From assembly GCF_009914755.1 (NCBI RefSeq), contig NC_060931.1: a stretch of 64,000 nt of DNA; one strand, 5' to 3'. The stretch comes from the human T2T-CHM13v2.0 reference genome, Homo sapiens. Of this stretch, positions 27,901-41,645 are shown piece after piece (positions within the stretch are counted from its first letter, which is position 1; every line of letters starts with the position of its first letter). The notes below the pieces were generated by a model that was not told where the DNA came from, did not search any database, and saw only the letters and a program-made list of their open reading frames with translations. Both the position numbers and the translations under genes were made by a program.

Positions 27901-30900
27901 TCCCTTTGCACAGAGCAGATTTGAAACACTCTTTTTGTGGAGTTTGCAAGTGGAGATTTCAAGCGATTTGATGCCAACAGTAGAAAAGGAAATATCTTCA
28001 AATAAAAACTAGACAGAATCATTCTCAGGAACTACTTTGTGATGTGTGCCTTCAACTCACAGAGTTTAACCTTTCTTTTCTTAGAGCAGTTTAGAAACAC
28101 TCTGCTTGTTATGTCTGCAAGTGGATATTTGGACCTCTTTGAGGCCTTCGTTGCAAACGGGGTTTCTTCCTTTAATGCTAGACTAAGAAGAGTTCTCAGT
28201 AACTTTTTTGTGTTGTGTGTATTCAACTCACAGAGTTGAACCTTGCTTTAGAGAGAGCAGATTTGAAACACTCTTGCTGTGGAATTTTCAGGTGGAGATT
28301 TCAAGCGATTTGAGGACAATTGCAGAAAAGGAAATATCTTCGTATAATAACCAGACAGAATCATTCTCAGAAAGTGCTTTGTGATGTGTGCGTTCAACTC
28401 ACAGAGTTTAACCTTTCGTTTCATAGAGGAGCTTGGAAACACACTGTTTGTAAAGTCTGCAATTGGATATATGGACCTGTTTGAGGCCTCCGTTGGAAAC
28501 GGGATTTCTTCATTGAATGCTAGACGGAAGAATTCTCAGTAAATTCTTTGTGTTGTGTGCATTCAACTCAGAGAGTGGAACGTCCCTTTAGACAGAGCAG
28601 ATTTGAAACACTCTTTTTGCGGAATTTGCAAGTGGAGATTTCTAGCCATTTGATGCCAACAGTAGAAAGGGAAATATCTTCAAATAAAAACCAGACAGAA
28701 TCATTCTCAGAAAATTCTTTGTGATGTGTGCGTTCAACTCACATAGTTTAACCTTTCTTTTCATAGAGCAGTTTGGAAACACTCTGTTTGTAGAGTCTGC
28801 AAGTGGATATATGGACCGCATTGAGGCCTTCGTTGGAAACGGGATTTCTTCATTTCATGCTAGACAGAAGAATTCTCAGTAACTTCTTTGTGCTGTGTGT
28901 ATTCAACTCACAGAGTGGAACGTCCCTTTGCACAGAGCAGATTTGAAACACTCTTTTTGTGGAGTTTGCAAGTGGAGATTTCAAGCGATTTGATGCCAAC
29001 AGTAGAAAATGAAATATCTTCAAATAAAAACTAGACAGAATCATTCTCAGAAACTACTTTGTGATGTGTGCCTTCAACTCACAGAGTTTAACCTTTCTTT
29101 TCTTAGAGCAGTTTAGAAACACTCTGCTTGTTATGTCTGCAAGTGGATATTTGGACCTCTTTGAGGCCTTCGTTGCAAACGGGGTTTCTTCCTTTAATGC
29201 TAGACTAAGAAGAGTTCTCAGTAACTTTTTTGTGTTGTGTGTATTCAACTCACAGAGTTGAACCTTGCTTTAGAGAGAGCAGATTTGAAACACTCTTGCT
29301 GTGGCATTTTCAGGTGGAGATTTCAAGCGATTTGAGGACAATTGCAGAAAAGGAAATATCTTCGTATAATAACCAGACAGAATCATTCTCAGAAAGTGCT
29401 TTGTGATGTGTGCGTTCAACTCACAGAGTTTAACCTTTCTTTTCATAGAGGAGTTTGGAAACACACTGTTTGTAAAGTCTGCAATTGGATATATGGACCT
29501 GTTTGAGGCCTTCGTTGGAAACGGGATTTCTTCATTGAATGCTAGACGGAAGAATTCTCAGTAAATTCTTTGTGTTGTGTGCATTCAACTCACAGAGTGG
29601 AACGTCCCTTTAGACAGAGCAGATTTGAAACACTCTTTTTGCGGAATTTGCAAGTGGAGATTTCTAGCCATTTGATGCCAACAGTAGAAAGGGAAATATC
29701 TTCAAATAAAAACCAGACAGAATCATTCTCAGAAAATTCTTTGTGATGTGTGCGTTCAACTCACATAGTTTAACCTTTCTTTTCATAGAGCAGTTTGGAA
29801 ACACTCTGTTTGTAAAGTCTGCAAGTGGATATATGGACCTGTTTGAGGCCTTCGTTGGAAACGGGATTTCTTCATTTCATGCTAGACAGAAGAATTCTCA
29901 GTAACTTCTTTGTGCTGTGTGTATTCAACTCACAGAGTGGAACGTCCCTTTGCACAGAGCAGATTTGAAACACTCTTTTTGTGGAGTTTGCAAGTGGAGA
30001 TTTCAAGCGATTTGATGCCAACAGTAGAAAAGGAAATATCTTCAAATAAAAACTAGACAGAATCATTCTCAGAAACTACTTTGTGATGTGTGCCTTCAAC
30101 TCACAGAGTTTAACCTTTCTTTTCTTAGAGCAGTTTAGAAACACTCTGCTTGTTATGTCTGCAAGTGGATATTTGGACCTCTTTGAGGCCTTCGTTGCAA
30201 ACGGGGTTTCTTCCTTTAATGCTAGACTAAGAAGAGTTCTCAGTAACTTTTTTGTGTTGTGTGTATTCAACTCACAGAGTTGAACCTTGCTTTAGAGAGA
30301 GCAGATTTGAAACACTCTCGCTGTGGAATTTTCAGGTGGAGATTTCAAGCGATTTGAGGACAATTGCAGAAAAGGAAATATCTTCGTATAATAACCAGAC
30401 AGAATCATTCTCAGAAAGTGCTTTGTGATGTGTGCGTTCAACTCACAGAGTTTAACCTTTCTTTTCATAGAGGAGCTTGGAAACACACTGTTTGTAAAGT
30501 CTGCAATTGGATATATGGACCTGTTTGAGGCCTCCGTTGGAAACGGGATTTCTTCATTGAATGCTAGACGGAAGAATTCTCAGTAAATTCTTTGTGTTGT
30601 GTGCATTGAACTCAGAGAGTGGAACGTCCCTTTAGACAGAGCAGATTTGAAACACTCTTTTTGCGGAATTTGCAAGTGGAGATTTCTAGCCATTTGATGT
30701 CAACAGTAGAAAGGGAAATATCTTCAAATAAAAACCAGACAGAATCATTCTCAGAAAATTCTTTGTGATGTGTGCGTTCAACTCACATAGTTTAACCTTT
30801 CTTTTCATAGAGCAGTTTGGAAACACTCTGTTTGTAAAGTCTGCAAGTGGATATATGGACCGCATTGAGGCCTTCGTTGGAAACGGGATTTCTTCATTTC

Positions 30901-32600
30901 ATGCTAGACAGAAGAATTCTCAGTAACTTCTTTGTGCTGTGTGTATTCAACTCAAAGAGTGGAACGTCCCTTTACACAGAGCAGATTTGAAACACTCTTT
31001 TTGTGGAGTTTGCAAGTGGAGATTTCAAGCGATTTGATGCCAACAGTATAAAAGGAAATATCTTCAAATAAAAACTAGACAGAATCATTCTCAGAAACTA
31101 CTTTGTGATGTGTGCCTTTAACTCACAGAGTTTAACCTTTCTTTTCTTAGAGCAGTTTAGAAACACTCTGCTTGTTATGTCTGCAAGTGGATATTTGGAC
31201 CTCTTTGAGGCCTTCGTTGCAAACGGGGTTTCTTCCTTTCATGCTAGACTAAGAAGAGTTCTCAGTAACTTTTTTGTGTTGTGTGTATTCAACTCACAGA
31301 GTTGAACCTTGCTTTAGAGAGAGCAGATTTGAAACACTCTTGCTGTGGCATTTTCAGGTGGAGATTTCAAGCGATTTGAGGACAATTGCAGAAAAGGAAA
31401 TATCTTCGTATAATAACCAGACAGAATCATTCTCAGAAAGTGCTTTGTGATGTGTGCGTTCAACTCACAGAGTTTAACCTTTCTTTTCATAGAGGAGTTT
31501 GGAAACACACTGTTTGTAAAGTCTGCAATTGGATATATGGACCTGTTTGAGGCCTCCGTTGGAAACGGGATTTCTTCATTGAATGCTAGACGGAAGAATT
31601 CTCAGTAAATTCTTTGTGTTGTGTGCATTCAACTCAGAGAGTGGAACGTCCCTTTAGACAGAGCAGATTTGAAACACTCTTTTTGCGGAATTTGCAAGTG
31701 GAGATTTCTAGCCATTTGATGCCAACAGTAGAAAGGGAAATATCTTCAAATAAAAACCAGACAGAATCATTCTCAGAAAATTCTTTGTGATGTGTGCGTT
31801 CAACTCACATAGTTTAACCTTTCTTTTCATAGAGCAGTTTGGAAACACTCTGTTTGTAAAGTCTGCAAGTGGATATATGGACCGCATTGAGGCCTTCGTT
31901 GGAAACGGGATTTCTTCATTTCATGCTAGACAGAAGAATTCTCAGTAACTTCTTTGTGCTGTGTGTATTCAACTCACAGAGTGGAACGTCCCTTTGCACA
32001 GAGCAGATTTGAAACACTCTTTTTGTGGAGTTTGCAAGTGGAGATTTCAAGCGATTTGATGCCAACAGTAGAAAAGGAAATATCTTCAAATAAAAACTAG
32101 ACAGAATCATTCTCAGGAACTACTTTGTGATGTGTGCCTTCAACTCACAGAGTTTAACCTTTCTTTTCTTAGAGCAGTTTAGAAACACTCTGCTTGTTAT
32201 GTCTGCAAGTGGATATTTGGACCTCTTTGAGGCCTTCGTTGCAAACGGGGTTTCTTCCTTTAATGCTAGACTAAGAAGAGTTCTCAGTAACTTTTTTGTG
32301 TTGTGTGTATTCAACTCACAGAGTTGAACCTTGCTTTAGAGAGAGCAGATTTGAAACACTCTTGCTGTGGAATTTTCAGGTGGAGATTTCAAGCGATTTG
32401 AGGACAATTGCAGAAAAGGAAATATCTTCGTATAATAACCAGACAGAATCATTCTCAGAAAGTGCTTTGTGATGTGTGCGTTCAACTCACAGAGTTTAAC
32501 CTTTCGTTTCATAGAGGAGCTTGGAAACACACTGTTTGTAAAGTCTGCAATTGGATATATGGACCTGTTTGAGGCCTCCGTTGGAAACGGGATTTCTTCA
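24500..32600 (+). repeat. 4-HOR tandem duplication (period 4088 bp); boundaries approximate
   Basis: Paired markers: TGTAGAGTC ~24705/28793; AAAATGAA ~24922/29010; M3 GGACCTGTTT 25752/29840; CTCAAAGAG ~26867/30955; CAGTATAAAA ~26961/31049; CAGGAAC ~28029/32117; TTTCGTTTC ~28418/32506. Confidence 0.9.
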
Positions 32601-35199
32601 TTGAATGCTAGACGGAAGAATTCTCAGTAAATTCTTTGTGTTGTGTGCATTGAACTCACAGAGTGGAACGTCCCTTTAGACAGAGCAGATTTGAAACACT
32701 CTTTTTGCGGAATTTGCAAGTGGAGATTTCTAGCCATTTGATGCCAACAGTAGAAAGGGAAATATCTTCAAATAAAAACCAGACAGAATCATTCTCAGAA
32801 AATTCTTTGTGATGTGTGCGTTCAACTCACATAGTTTAACCTTTCTTTTCATAGAGCAGTTTGGAAACACTCTGTTTGTAAAGTCTGCAAGTGGATATAT
32901 GGACCGCATTGAGGCCTTCGTTGGAAACGGGATTTCTTCATTTCATGCTAGACAGAAGAATTCTCAGTAACTTCTTTGTGCTGTGTGTATTCAACTCACA
33001 GAGTGGAACGTCCCTTTGCACAGAGCAGATTTGAAACACTCTTTTTGTGGAGTTTGCAAGTGGAGATTTCAAGCGATTTGATGCCAACAGTAGAAAAGGA
33101 AATATCTTCAAATAAAAACTAGACAGAATCATTCTCAGAAACTACTTTGTGATGTGTGCCTTCAACTCACAGAGTTTAACCTTTCTTTTCTTAGAGCAGT
33201 TTAGAAACACTCTGCTTGTTATGTCTGCAAGTGGATATTTGGACCTCTTTGAGGCCTTCGTTGCAAACGGGGTTTCTTCCTTTAATGCTAGACTAAGAAG
33301 AGTTCTCAGTAACTTTTTTGTGTTGTGTGTATTCAACTCACAGAGTTGAACCTTGCTTTAGAGAGAGCAGATTTGAAACACTCTTGCTGTGGCATTTTCA
33401 GGTGGAGATTTCAAGCGATTTGAGGACAATTGCAGAAAAGGAAATATCTTCGTATAATAACCAGACAGAATCATTCTCAGAAAGTGCTTTGTGATGTGTG
33501 CGTTCAACTCACAGAGTTTAACCTTTCTTTTCATAGAGGAGTTTGGAAACACACTGTTTTTAAAGTCTGCAATTGGATATATGGACCTGTTTGAGGCCTT
33601 CGTTGGAAACGGGATTTCTTCATTGAATGCTAGACGGAAGAATTCTCAGTAAATTCTTTGTGTTGTGTGCATTCAACTCACAGAGTGGAACGTCCCTTTA
33701 GACAGAGCAGATTTGAAACACTCTTTTTGCGGAATTTGCAAGTGGAGATTTCTAGCCATTTGATGCCAACAGTAGAAAGGGAAATATCTTCAAATAAAAA
33801 CCAGACAGAATCATTCTCAGAAAATTCTTTGTGATGTGTGCGTTCAACTCACATAGTTTAACCTTTCTTTTCATAGAGCAGTTTGGAAACACTCTGTTTG
33901 TAAAGTCTGCAAGTGGATATATGGACCGCATTGAGGCCTTCGTTGGAAACGGGATTTCTTCATTTCATGCTAGACAGAAGAATTCTCAGTAACTTCTTTG
34001 TGCTGTGTGTATTCAACTCACAGAGTGGAACGTCCCTTTGCACAGAGCAGATTTGAAACACTCTTTTTGTGGAGTTTGCAAGTGGAGATTTCAAGCGATT
34101 TGATGCCAACAGTAGAAAAGGAAATATCTTCAAATAAAAACTAGACAGAATCATTCTCAGAAACTACTTTGTGATGTGTGCCTTCAACTCACAGAGTTTA
34201 ACCTTTCTTTTCTTAGAGCAGTTTAGAAACACTCTGCTTGTTATGTCTGCAAGTGGATATTTGGACCTCTTTGAGGCCTTCGTTGCAAACGGGGTTTCTT
34301 CCTTTAATGCTAGACTAAGAAGAGTTCTCAGTAACTTTTTTGTGTTGTGTGTATTCAACTCACAGAGTTGAACCTTGCTTTAGAGAGAGCAGATTTGAAA
34401 CACTCTTGCTGTGGCATTTTCAGGTGGAGATTTCAAGCGATTTGAGGACAATTGCAGAAAAGGAAATATCTTCGTATAATAACCAGACAGAATCATTCTC
34501 AGAAAGTGCTTTGTGATGTGTGCGTTCAACTCACAGAGTTTAACCTTTCTTTTCATAGAGGAGTTTGGAAACACACTGTTTGTAAAGTCTGCAATTGGAT
34601 ATATGGACCTGTTTGAGGCCTTCGTTGGAAACGGGATTTCTTCATTGAATGCTAGACGGAAGAATTCTCAGTAAATTCTTTGTGTTGTGTGCATTCAACT
34701 CACAGAGTGGAACGTCCCTTTAGACAGAGCAGATTTGAAACACTCTTTTTGCGGAATTTGCAAGTGGAGATTTCTAGCCATTTGATGCCAACAGTAGAAA
34801 GGGAAATATCTTCAAATAAAAACCAGACAGAATCATTCTCAGAAAATTCTTTGTGATGTGTGCGTTCAACTCACATAGTTTAACCTTTCTTTTCATAGAG
34901 CAGTTTGGAAACACTCTGTTTGTAAAGTCTGCAAGTGGATATATGGACCGCATTGAGGCCTTCGTTGGAAACGGGATTTCTTCATTTCATGCTAGACAGA
35001 AGAATTCTCAGTAACTTCTTTGTGCTGTGTGTATTCAACTCACAGAGTGGAACGTCCCTTTACACAGAGCAGATTTGAAACACTCTTTTTGTGGAGTTTG
35101 CAAGTGGAGATTTCAAGCGATTTGATGACAACAGTAGAAAATGAAATATCTTCAAATAAAAACTAGACAGAATCATTCTCAGAAACTACTTTGTGATGT

Positions 35200-38100
35200 G
35201 TGCCTTCAACTCACAGAGTTTAACCTTTCTTTTCTTAGAGCAGTTTAGAAACACTCTGCTTGTTATGTCTGCAAGTGGATATTTGGACCTCTTTGAGGCC
35301 TTCGTTGCAAACGGGGTTTCTTCCTTTAATGCTAGACTAAGAAGAGTTCTCAGTAACTTTTTTGTGTTGTGTGTATTCAACTCACAGAGTTGAACCTTGC
35401 TTTAGAGAGAGCAGATTTGAAACACTCTCGCTGTGGAATTTTCAGGTGGAGATTTCAAGCGATTTGAGGACAATTGCAGAAAAGGAAATATCTTCGTATA
35501 ATAACCAGACAGAATCATTCTCAGAAAGTGCTTTGTGATGTGTGCGTTCAACTCACAGAGTTTAACCATTCTTTTCATAGAGGAGCTTGGAAACACACTG
35601 TTTGTAAAGTCTGCAATTGGATATATGGACCTGTTTGAGGCCTCCGTTGGAAACGGGATTTCTTCATTGAATGCTAGACGGAAGAATTCTCAGTAAATTC
35701 TTTGTGTTGTGTGCATTGAACTCAGAGAGTGGAACGTCCCTTTAGACAGAGCAGATTTGAAACACTCTTTTTGCGGAATTTGCAAGTGGAGATTTCTAGC
35801 CATTTGATGTCAACAGTAGAAAGGGAAATATCTTCAAATAAAAACCAGACAGAATCATTCTCAGAAAATTCTTTGTGATGTGTGCGTTCAACTCACATAG
35901 TTTAACCTTTCTTTTCATAGAGCAGTTTGGAAACACTCTGTTTGTAAAGTCTGCAAGTGGATATATGGACCGCATTGAGGCCTTCGTTGGAAACGGGATT
36001 TCTTCATTTCATGCTAGACAGAAGAATTCTCAGTAACTTCTTTGTGCTGTGTGTATTCAACTCACAGAGTGGAACGTCCCTTTGCACAGAGCAGATTTGA
36101 AACACTCTTTTTGTGGAGTTTGCAAGTGGAGATTTCAAGCGATTTGATGCCAACAGTAGAAAAGGAAATATCTTCAAATAAAAACTAGACAGAATCATTC
36201 TCAGAAACTACTTTGTGATGTGTGCCTTCAACTCACAGAGTTTAACCTTTCTTTTCTTAGAGCAGTTTAGAAACACTCTGCTTGTTATGTCTGCAAGTGG
36301 ATATTTGGACCTCTTTGAGGCCTTCGTTGCAAACGGGGTTTCTTCCTTTCATGCTAGACTAAGAAGAGTTCTCAGTAACTTTTTTGTGTTGTGTGTATTC
36401 AACTCACAGAGTTGAACCTTGCTTTAGAGAGAGCAGATTTGAAACACTCTCGCTGTGGCATTTTCAGGTGGAGATTTCAAGCGATTTGAGGACAATTGCA
36501 GAAAAGGAAATATCTTCGTATAATAACCAGACAGAATCATTCTCAGAAAGTGCTTTGTGATGTGTGCGTTCAACTCACAGAGTTTAACCTTTCTTTTCAT
36601 AGAGGAGTTTGGAAACACACTGTTTGTAAAGACTGCAAGTGGATATATGGACCTGTTTGAGGCCTTCGTTGGAAACGGGATTTCTTCATTGAATGCTAGA
36701 CGGAAGAATTCTCAGTAAATTCTTTGTGTTGTGTGCATTCAACTCACAGAGTGGAACGTCCCTTTAGACAGAGCAGATTTGAAACACTCTTTTTGCGGAA
36801 TTTGCAAGTGGAGATTTCTAGCCATTTGATGCCAACAGTAGAAAGGGAAATATCTTCAAATAAAAACCAGACAGAATCATTCTCAGAAAATTCTTTGTGA
36901 TGTGTGCGTTCAACTCACATAGTTTAACCTTTCTTTTCATAGAGCAGTTTGGAAACACTCTGTTTGTAAAGTCTGCAAGTGGATATATGGACCGCATTGA
37001 GGCTTTCGTTGGAAACGGGATTTCTTCATTTCATGCTAGACAGAAGAATTCTCAGTAACTTCTTTGTGCTGTGTGTATTCAACTCACAGAGTGCAACGTC
37101 CCTTTACACAGAGCAGATTTGAAACACTCTTTTTGTGGAGTTTGCAAGTGGAGATTTCAAGCGATTTTATGCCAACAGTAGAAAAGGAAATATCTTCAAA
37201 TAAAAACTAGACAGAATCATTCTCAGAAACTACTTTGTGATGTGTGCCTTCAACTCACAGAGTTTAACCTTTCTTTTCTTAGAGCAGCTTAGAAACACTC
37301 TGCTTGTTATGTCTGCAAGTGGATATTTGGACCTCTTTGAGGCCTTCGTTGCAAACGGGGTTTCTTCCTTTAATGCTAGACTAAGAAGAGTTCTCAGTAA
37401 CTTTTTTGTGTTGTGTGTATTCAACTCACAGAGTTGAACCTTGCTTTAGAGAGAGCAGATTTGAAACACTCTCGCTGTGGCATTTTCAGGTGGAGATTTC
37501 AAACGATTTGAGGACAATTGCAGAAAAGGAAATATCTTCGTATAATAACCAGACAGAATCATTCTCAGAAAGTGCTTTGTGATGTGTGCGTTCAACTCAC
37601 AGAGTTTAACCTTTCTTTTCATAGAGGAGTTTGGAAACACACTGTTTGTAAAGTCTGCAATTGGATATATGGACCTGTTTGAGGCCTTCGTTGGAAACGG
37701 GATTTTATCATATAATGCTAGACGGAAGAATTCTCAGTAAATTCTTTGTGTTGTGTGCATTCAACTCACAGAGTGGAACGTCCCTTTAGACAGAGCAGAT
37801 TTGAAACACTCTTTTTGCGGAATTTGCAAGTGGAGATTTCTAGCCATTTGATGTCAACAGTAGAAAGGGAAATATCTTCAAATAAAAACCAGAGAGAATC
37901 ATTCTCAGAAAATTCTTTGTGATGTGTGCGTTCAACTCACATAGTTTAACCTTTCTTTTCATAGAGCAGTTTGGAAACACTCTGTTTGTAAAGTCTGCAA
38001 GTGGATATATGGACCGCATTGAGGCCTTCGTTGGAAACGGGATTTCTTCATTTCATGCTAGACAGAAGAATTCTCAGTAACTTCTTTGTGCTGTGTGTAT

Positions 38101-40600
38101 TCAACTCACAGAGTGGAACGTCCCTTTGCACAGAGCAGATTTGAAACACTCTTTTTGTGGAGTTTGCAAGTGGAGATTTCAAGCGATTTGATGCCAACAG
38201 TAGAAAAGGAAGTATCTTCAAATAAAAACTAGACAGAATCATTCTCAGAAACTACTTTGTGATGTGTGCCTTCAACTCACAGAGTTTAACCTTTCTTTTC
38301 TTAGAGCAGTTTAGAAACACTCTGCTTGTTATGTCTGCAAGTGGATATTTGGACCTCTTTGAGGCCTTCGTTGCAAACGGGGTTTCTTCCTTTAATGCTA
38401 GACTAAGAAGAGTTCTCAGTAACTTTTTTGTGTTGTGTGTATTCAACTCACAGAGTTGAACCTTGCTTTAGAGAGAGCAGATTTGAAACACTCTCGCTGT
38501 GGCATTTTCAGGTGGAGATTTCAAGCGATTTGAGGACAATTGCAGAAAAGGAAATATCTTCGTATAATAACCAGACAGAATCATTCTCAGAAAGTGCTTT
38601 GTGATGTGTGCGTTCAACTCACAGAGTTTAACCATTCTTTTCATAGAGGAGCTTGGAAACACACTGTTTGTAAAGTCTGCAATTGGATATATGGACCTGT
38701 TTGAGGCCTCCGTTGGAAACGGGATTTCTTCATTGAATGCTAGACGGAAGAATTCTCAGTAAATTCTTTGTGTTGTGTGCATTGAACTCACAGAGTGGAA
38801 CGTCCCTTTAGACAGAGCAGATTTGAAACACTCTTTTTGCGGAATTTGCAAGTGGAGATTTCTAGCCATTTGATGTCAACAGTAGAAAGGGAAATATCTT
38901 CAAATAAAAACCAGACAGAATCATTCTCAGAAAATTCTTTGTGATGTGTGCGTTCAACTCACATAGTTTAACCTTTCTTTTCATAGAGCAGTTTGGAAAC
39001 ACTCTGTTTGTAAAGTCTGCAAGTGGATATATGGACCGCATTGAGGCCTTCGTTGGAAACGGGATTTCTTCATTTCATGCTAGACAGAAGAATTCTCAGT
39101 AACTTCTTTGTGCTGTGTGTATTCAACTCACAGAGTGGAACGTCCCTTTGCACAGAGCAGATTTGAAACACTCTTTTTGTGGAGTTTGCAAGTGGAGATT
39201 TCAAGCGATTTGATGCCAACAGTAGAAAAGGAAATATCTTCAAATAAAAACTAGACAGAATCATTCTCAGAAACTACTTTGTGATGTGTGCCTTCAACTC
39301 ACAGAGTTTAACCTTTCTTTTCTTAGAGCAGTTTAGAAACACTCTGCTTGTTATGTCTGCAAGTGGATATTTGGACCTCTTTGAGGCCTTCGTTGCAAAC
39401 GGGGTTTCTTCCTTTCATGCTAGACTAAGAAGAGTTCTCAGTAACTTTTTTGTGTTGTGTGTATTCAACTCACAGAGTTGAACCTTGCTTTAGAGAGAGC
39501 AGATTTGAAACACTCTTGCTGTGGCATTTTCAGGTGGAGATTTCAAGCGATTTGAGGACAATTGCAGAAAAGGAAATATCTTCGTATAATAACCAGACAG
39601 AATCATTCTCAGAAAGTGCTTTGTGATGTGAGCGTTCAACTCACAGAGTTTAACCTTTCTTTTCATAGAGGAGTTTGGAAACACACTGTTTGTAAAGACT
39701 GCAAGTGGATATATGGACCTGTTTGAGGCCTTCGTTGGAAACGGGATTTCTTCATTGAATGCTAGACGGAAGAATTCTCAGTAAATTCTTTGTGTTGTGT
39801 GCATTCAACTCACAGAGTGGAACGTCCCTTTAGACAGAGCAGATTTGAAACACTCTTTTTGCGGAATTTGCAAGTGGAGATTTCTAGCCATTTGATGCCA
39901 ACAGTAGAAAGGGAAATATCTTCAAATAAAAACCAGACAGAATCATTCTCAGAAAATTCTTTGTGATGTGTGCGTTCAACTCACATAGTTTAACCTTTCT
40001 TTTCATAGAGCAGTTTGGAAACACTCTGTTTGTAAAGTCTGCAAGTGGATATATGGACCGCATTGAGGCCTTCGTTGGAAACGGGATTTCTTCATTTCAT
40101 GCTAGACAGAAGAATTCTCAGTAACTTCTTTGTGCTGTGTATTCAACTCACAGAGTACAACGTCCCTTTACACAGAGCAGATTTGAAACACTCTTTTTGT
40201 GGAGTTTGCAAGTGGAGATTTCAAGCGATTTTATGCCAACAGTAGAAAAGGAAATATCTTCAAATAAAAACTAGACAGAATCATTCTCAGAAACTACTTT
40301 GTGATGTGTGCCTTCAACTCACAGAGTTTAACCTTTCTTTTCTTAGAGCAGCTTAGAAACACTCTGCTTGTTATGTCTGCAAGTGGATATTTGGACCTCT
40401 TTGAGGCCTTCGTTGCAAACGGGGTTTCTTCCTTTAATGCTAGACTAAGAAGAGTTCTCAGTAACTTTTTTGTGTTGTGTGTATTCAACTCACAGAGTTG
40501 AACCTTGCTTGAGAGAGAGCAGATTTGAAACACTCTCGCTGTGGCATTTTCAGGTGGAGATTTCAAGCGATTTGAGGACAATTGCAGAAAAGGAAATATC
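35200..40600 (+). repeat. Older, diverged 3-HOR duplication (period 3066, then 3064 bp); boundaries approximate
   Basis: AACCATTC ~35568/38634; AAAGACTGCAAGT ~36632/39698; GTGCAAC ~37094 vs GTACAAC ~40158; GCGATTTTATG ~37168/40232; GCAGCTTAG ~37288/40352. Confidence 0.75.
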
Positions 40601-41645
40601 TTCGTATAATAACCAGACAGAATCATTCTCAGAAAGTGCTTTGTGATGTGTGCGTTCAACTCACAGAGTTTAACCTTTCTTTTCATAGAGGAGTTTGGAA
40701 ACACACTGTTTGTAAAGTCTGCAATTGGATATATGGACCTGTTTGAGGCCTTCGTTGGAAACGGGATTTCTTCATTGAATGCTAGACGGAAGAATTCTCA
40801 GTAAATTCTTTGTGTTGTGTGCATTCAACTCACAGAGTGGAACGTCCCTTTAGACAGAGCAGATTTGAAACACTCTTTTTGCGGAATTTGCAAGTGGAGA
40901 TTTCTAGCCATTTGATGCCAACAGTAGAAAGGGAAATATCTTCAAATAAAAACCAGACAGAATCATTCTCAGAAAATTCTTTGTGATGTGTGCGTTCAAC
41001 TCACATAGTTTAACCTTTCTTTTCATAGAGCAGTTTGGAAACACTCTGTTTGTAAAGTCTGCAAGTGGATATATGGACCGCATTGAGGCCTTCGTTGGAA
41101 ACGGGATTTCTTCATTTCATGCTAGACAGAAGAATTCTCAGTAACTTCTTTGTGCTGTGTGTATTCAACTCACAGAGTGGAACGTCCCTTTGCACAGAGC
41201 AGATTTGAAACACTCTTTTTGTGGAGTTTGCAAGTGGAGATTTCAAGCGATTTGATGCCAACAGTAGAAAAGGAAATATCTTCAAATAAAAACTAGACAG
41301 AATCATTCTCAGAAACTACTTTGTGATGTGTGCCTTCAACTCACAGAGTTTAACCTTTCTTTTCTTAGAGCAGTTTAGAAACACTCTGCTTGTTATGTCT
41401 GCAAGTGGATATTTGGACCTCTTTGAGGCCTTCGTTGCAAACGGGGTTTCTTCCTTTAATGCTAGACTAAGAAGAGTTCTCAGTAACTTTTTTGTGTTGT
41501 GTGTATTCAACTCACAGAGTTGAACCTTGCTTTAGAGAGAGCAGATTTGAAACACTCTCGCTGTGGAATTTTCAGGTGGAGATTTCAAGCGATTTGAGGA
41601 CAATTGCAGAAAAGGAAATATCTTCGTATAATAACCAGACAGAAT

